From: Oikopleura dioica | Lineage: Eukaryota > Animalia > Chordata | Direction: 5' to 3' | Length of the DNA: 64,000 nucleotides | NCBI GenBank assembly: GCA_907165135.1 | Contig: OU015568.1 | Location: forward strand, 14,705,208-14,769,207 | In this document: in pieces, positions 59,272-64,000 of the stretch | Layout: each line of letters starts with the position of its first letter | How positions within the stretch are numbered: position 1 is the first letter of the stretch | Position numbers and translations under genes: made by a program | The notes under the pieces: model-generated | What the model saw: the letters and a program-made list of their open reading frames with translations, nothing else | Database searches by the model: none | Told to the model about the DNA's origin: nothing

Positions 59272-59498
59272 TGATATACTTGGCTCTTGCGTATATATAT
59301 TTCTTGATTCAACTGGTGAAAAAGTCGTCCAACTTATACAAGCTCACTTTATTGAATGATCCTAAATGGATCTTGCACAGGGAAGAGCGCGGGAAAAGCA
59401 GCTGATTAAGGTGCGCACAGTTGATAAAGAGCGGAAGTGTGCTAATTAATCTAGGTTGCCCGGGAGATTAATTGAGGACTTTATGTCAACACACATCA
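59272..59498 (-). repeat. 5' LTR
   Basis: Direct repeat of 50456-50682, followed by TSD GCAG and the original amidase stop TAG (59503-59505). Confidence 0.95.
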
Positions 59499-59804
59499 GC
59501 AGTAGTCTTTATTTGTTGCGAGTTCTTTACATGTATTTCTTAGTTCAATTCGGACTCATTTTCTTGAATAAATTTCCAATTAAACCCGATGAAATGTGTA
59601 GGAATCTCTCTTCCTGGGCGCTTGAATCACTATTTGAATGTTAATTTCACGATTTACCCGCTTCGTAATTCGCCTGTCATCTTGTAAGAGGCCATTATTA
59701 AGCTTTGTAAAGAGAAATTGAAGAATATATGACCGATCAGATATTCAATCTATTCAAATATGTTGCTTTATGAAGTAACAGAATCTTTTTTATATGATGG
59801 AAAG

Positions 59805-60592
59805 ATGGGTGAAACAACTTTTTATTCTTGTGATAGAGATGAAATCTTTGGAGCTTATGTTACTGCTTGGCTGTGGATTTGGTACAGTTTCTTACTACTA
59901 CCTGCTGCCGGAAATGACTCTGAACTCTTGTCCGGTATTTGCGGTTTATCGGGAATTTTCGCGTCTTCCTTTACACTACATACCTACATTAGCAGTAAAA
60001 GATCCGATATGGAGCTTGTTTACTTGAGGGCTTCGTTGGCATTGAGCTGTATAACTTATACAGTATAAGTGAGTATTTACGTCCTACGGCGAAAATACGG
60101 TGAATAAATTTAGGCTTTATTTTTTCTTTTTGCGCGTTTGCTAACGGAATCCGGAGATTATGTTTGATAAAGAATAAAGAAGTTTTGGAGTATTCAAATC
60201 AGCAAGTTGTGCCTCAAAATCACATTATCCTCCAACCCACGGTTCAAACGATTGTACCGGCTCAACCGGTTGTTCCGATTCAACCGGTTGTTCCGAACCC
60301 GTACGATGAAGACGCTCCTCCAGGTTCGTGTTTTTCAAGCGTTCATATGATTATTTTCCATAAAGCATACAATGATGTCGTTGAAGGACAAGTTCCCAGT
60401 TCACAGCAACCTCAAGTTTTCCCCATTTATGTTCAAGTTGCAGCACCTGGAAATGACGATAGTGCCGGAAAAAGCGATTGCTTTGATTGCTCACTCGTTA
60501 TGAGTGTTATTGTCACGATGATGCTGAACATCCTCTTCAGTGTGCTCTGCGTTGTGTATTTGTCCATTGGACTAGGAAGATGCAAGCATTAG
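59805..60592 (+). CDS. Small multi-TM protein with Pro/Gln-rich loop (paralog A)
   Basis: DEIFGAYVTAWLW, YLRASLALSCI, PVVPIQPVVP, APP|AYND, MMLNILFSVLCVVYLSIGLGRCKH*. Confidence 0.6.
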
Positions 60593-60720
60593 CGATTTCA
60601 TGCTTCTGAATTTCCTGTGACCGTTTGTCTTCAATAAAATTTATGAATCTCAATAGAGCACACACGATTCTGATCTCCGCAAATATAAAAATTTTTTGAT
60701 TCTGAGAGACGGCGAGAGAA

Positions 60721-61680
60721 ATGGAAAGCATTATTCCTGCTTATTCCTCAAGCTGCAGGTATTCAGACATTTTTGGAGCATTTGTTACTGCATGCATTTG
60801 GTTTGCATTCAATAAAGTGATTGTTGGAGTGTCTCTTTGCTTGGGAAGCTCTGTGACTCATAAAAATGTTTTCATGGAATACGTTCTTGTTTGGGTGATT
60901 TGCGCATTGAATATAACCGCCGCCGTTTTGATTATTGTTGTTTATGCTGATGGATACTACTCTCTTCATTTGCCGATATTGAGAGCATCAATGGCGATGT
61001 CCTGCATCGATCTCATTGTCTCTCTGATATTTACACTACAGATAATCAAACTGTTCTGCTCATTCAAAAATCGGCAAGTCAGGGAAAATGAGCAGCAAGG
61101 ACAAAATAATTGCGAGCCCGAGGAAATTGTCCCTTCCGCGCCCAACCGGTCGGCTTTTGCTACTACAACTGCGCCACCTAGACCACCACGTAAGGATTTT
61201 ACTTGTCCAAAATCATAAAAAATAAGCACCAAATACAACGACATTCGCCTCGCCACAAAGCCAAGCTGCTGTTCCAGTTTCATTACCCGTCACTGGGCCT
61301 GCACCCCAGACAATTCCAGGTTGCTTTCAAAGAATTCAAAATTTGAATTTCAAAAATATAACTTGATTTTTAGTCGCCAACAGCTTACCAACTTACGTTC
61401 AACTTCCGAATGGTCAACTGCAGATGGTGCAGCCAATTCAACAACCAACAGTCCAAACAATTTATGTTGCTCCACCACCACCTCGACCAGTCGTCCCTGT
61501 CCAAACAAGCGAGGATTTTCTCTATCGCTTTGTGATCGCTCAAATACTTCGTAAGATAAATTATATAATGAAAGGTTTCTATTTTCGATGTTTTAAGTGA
61601 TGCTGACGAACATTGCCTTTGCTGGAGTTTGTGTTGGATATCTCGCTCATGGAATTTTATCCTGCAAACATGCAACATGA
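60721..61680 (+). CDS. Small multi-TM protein with Pro/Gln-rich loop (paralog B)
   Basis: SDIFGAFVTACIW, ILRASMAMSCI, Pro-rich exons, VMLTNIAFAGVCVGYLAHGILSCKHAT*. Confidence 0.6.
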
Positions 61681-61912
61681 ATATAATAAAAAATATTTGA
61701 AAATGGGAATTTATTTAGAAATATACAGATAGAAAAGATCGCAAACTGGTGTCAGTTGCGTCAGGCAAGTAGAATGACAGAGAAGTGTTTTTTTTACAAG
61801 AAGGGTTTATACTTTTGAGTGTCCATTTGATTGTCTCGAATGAACATGATTCCACTTGAGGATTATTTAAAGAAAAGCCAAGCATAATTTTAAAATTGTG
61901 AAAATTATAATT

Positions 61913-63027
61913 TTACAAGGGGCATGTTCCGATCGCCTTTGTACTTCCATCTTTGCAGCATTCTTGACGCTCCGGGTTAAAGAGATTCACCTGAAGTCCC
62001 TTCCCGCAACAATTTTTCACCACTGGTTCTTTGGCGCCAACCGCTGGTCGAGGAGACGTTTCCTTTTGACCGGCACGAATGAGGTCCATTGCATCTGGGT
62101 GAGAATCTTCGTGATGAGGAGCACATTGAGTTGATCGATCAAACCCTCCTCGCTGCGTGTATTCTTCATTCCAGGTATCCTCGACTTCTGCGATTTCCTT
62201 GGCAAAGTCGGTGTCACACTCGCAAAGATCTCGGCCGCATCCGGTGTCGTTTTCGGCTAGAAATCAATGCTGTCTTAGAAGAGCAAAATATATCTTACAG
62301 CAAGCTCCGTGGAGACTGTATGGGCTCTGGGATGGGCAATCATGGTACGTCTTGTGGATGCATTTGTAGCAGTTGATTAGTTTTTGGCAAACTCTATCAA
62401 TGGCATCGACTGGCTTTCCTTTGCCGATTGTATCGTGCCACTGGAAATCTTTGTGGTACAACTCACTAGCGAAAAAATACCTTAAATGGCCGTGTCACTT
62501 TCTTTCTTACCTTGGAAGACAGTAGCATCCGTAGTATTTCAGCTTCCCACTATCCTGAAAACCAGCTTGCTCGATCATCGCATTGAGCGCAAGAGATTTT
62601 CCGACAGCTTTGTATTTGACTTTCAGATCATGGTCCTAAATTCAATCAGATTTCCGCTGCCGATATATTTGCTTACCGCTGATGGATGCTCGAAATACCC
62701 AGTCTGCTTTTGCCAATCGCCGATTTGGTTGAAAAGACTGAGGCCGATTCTTTCATCAGAGAGCTTGAACAAGTTCTTTGAAAGGATCGCGACGTTGGTC
62801 TTTGGATTAGAAAAGGTCGATTGAGGAGCGTTGGAGTCGATTTGCACCACGTGATTTCGATACGCTGCTTTTAGCTCGACGGTTTCTGGAGCAGTTGTAG
62901 TGTCATTTCGGTCTGGAGCAGCTGTTGATTCGTCAGCTCTGCAAAAAGCTAGAAAAAAAGGTTGATTAATTCTCTGTTGGAATCTCTTTTTGGGCAATTT
63001 ACCGAAAACAAACGGAAGCACGCGCAT
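61913..63027 (-). CDS. Secreted phospholipase A2-like domain protein, probably non-catalytic
   Basis: Signal MRVLPFVF|AFCRA; YYGCYC, GKGKPVDAIDRVCQKLINCYKC (catalytic His-Asp absent), CGRDLCECDTDFA, CCGKG..CCKDG. Confidence 0.75.
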
Positions 63028-63489
63028 TTTATTGTTCTAAAAAGCCTAAAAATTGAAAACCCTTCTTTTGCGGAATTATCATTATTTCTGTCCTTTTATT
63101 GCGCTATTGGTCTTATCTGACAATGTAAAACATAGTCCACGTTCTTGAGATGTAGCTTTTCGTTTTAGCGGATCACGTTCAATCGATATCATCAATTGAC
63201 ATCCTTTTTTTAGGCGATATACTTTCGCCCAAATTATCAATTTAGAACGGCATTTTTTTGATTTAGTAAATATTTTTCAAGCTTTTCGATTTCAAGAGCT
63301 TAAGGGTGTCGCCATAAAGATTCAAAACTTAAGCATTTGTAAATAACATCAAACAATCACGCCTCCCAGTTCTGAGCGTTGTCTCCAGCTTTAATATTAA
63401 CTTGGCATCTACTTAATATTTTGCGCAGAAGAACAAACTATTCTGACCTTTTCAGCGCATTACGCTTGCCCAGAACAATTTTCGTAAAA

Positions 63490-64000
63490 ATGCGAAAATG
63501 CGTGGAATATATTTTGATACTTTTTGGAGCATGTTCGATTTCGGTGGGAATCAGCATGGGTGTTTTGTACGGAGCATATGATGATGCGCTGCCAGAGAAA
63601 GTTTATGACATAATTGACGGCTTCACAACTCCTACTTCCCAACCAAGCTCTTCAACTTCTCAACCAGAAATAGAGTATTACGAAGTTGATTTTGGAGCGC
63701 TAGGAACGATCCGTGGTTACTTGAATCCAGACTATCCGGATGTTGTCGTTATGCGCGGTATCCCTTTTATGAAGCCTCCTGTCGGCGACCTCCGCTGGAA
63801 AGCCCCTGTCATCGAGCGCAGCCTTGAGGGATATCCAAGGTCGGAAATCATCGACGACGAATGGACCGGAGTTTACATTGCTGAAGAAGCTACTCCGAGC
63901 TGTCCGAATGCATTCAATGTCAATCCTTCAATAACGGAAGACTGCACGTACTTGGATATTTTCGTCCCTCGGAGAGCAATTGAGAACAAAGAAAAATTGA
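63490..64000 (+). CDS. Type-B carboxylesterase, N-terminally anchored, runs off window
   Basis: Hydrophobic N-term; RGIPFMKPPVGDLRWKAP; EDCTYLDIFVP. Confidence 0.88.
   Translation, partial: MRKCVEYILILFGACSISVGISMGVLYGAYDDALPEKVYDIIDGFTTPTSQPSSSTSQPEIEYYEVDFGALGTIRGYLNPDYPDVVVMRGIPFMKPPVGDLRWKAPVIERSLEGYPRSEIIDDEWTGVYIAEEATPSCPNAFNVNPSITEDCTYLDIFVPRRAIENKEKL

Larger units (their letters stand above)
50456..59498 (-). mobile_element. Full-length Ty3/Gypsy LTR retrotransposon with env (Tor-like), 9043 bp
   Basis: 227-bp LTRs TG..CA at 50456-50682 and 59272-59498 that look identical; 4-bp TSD GCAG; PBS, PPT and intact gag, pol, env. Confidence 0.96.

Noticed and set aside
1-64000. tRNA or rRNA genes
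   Set aside because: No cloverleaf with A/B boxes or rRNA-like sequence recognised by eye; tRNAscan-SE not run

Overview
Eukaryotic animal DNA with very short (~40-60 nt) introns, tiny intergenic gaps, GA-AG introns and an env-bearing Ty3/Gypsy element. This fits the larvacean tunicate Oikopleura dioica (inference; no search run). 1-12.5 kb is a co-directional, probably trans-spliced operon: CCT5, WDR7, TRIP13, ODR4, cyclophilin, ZSWIM2, GORAB. Next come an Ig-domain protein, an SLC5 transporter, a decayed 2.5-kb pogo element, a DEG/ENaC channel, F-box, sushi and LamG-like repeat proteins, a 500-N gap and a kinase. The main discovery is an 11.8-kb TA-flanked TIR element (32085-43923). Its intron-rich gene splices into a pogo-type HTH + DD34D transposase fused to a Ulp1 (C48) protease. 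Its enlarged introns and 3' arm are packed with decayed, intron-retaining fragments of unrelated host genes (DPP7/PRCP, PIP5K1, UGP2, OCRL/INPP5B, a PHD finger, LIS1, a PH-like domain, two orphan exons), all antisense to the transposase. Further right are a hAT foldback element in an SLC17 exon, MFS and amidase genes, and a young intact 9-kb LTR retrotransposon (gag, UGA-CUAG readthrough pol, env) inserted between the last codon and the stop of the amidase. The window ends with two paralogous membrane proteins, a PLA2-like gene and a carboxylesterase. Exon boundaries and family assignments were made by eye from motifs.
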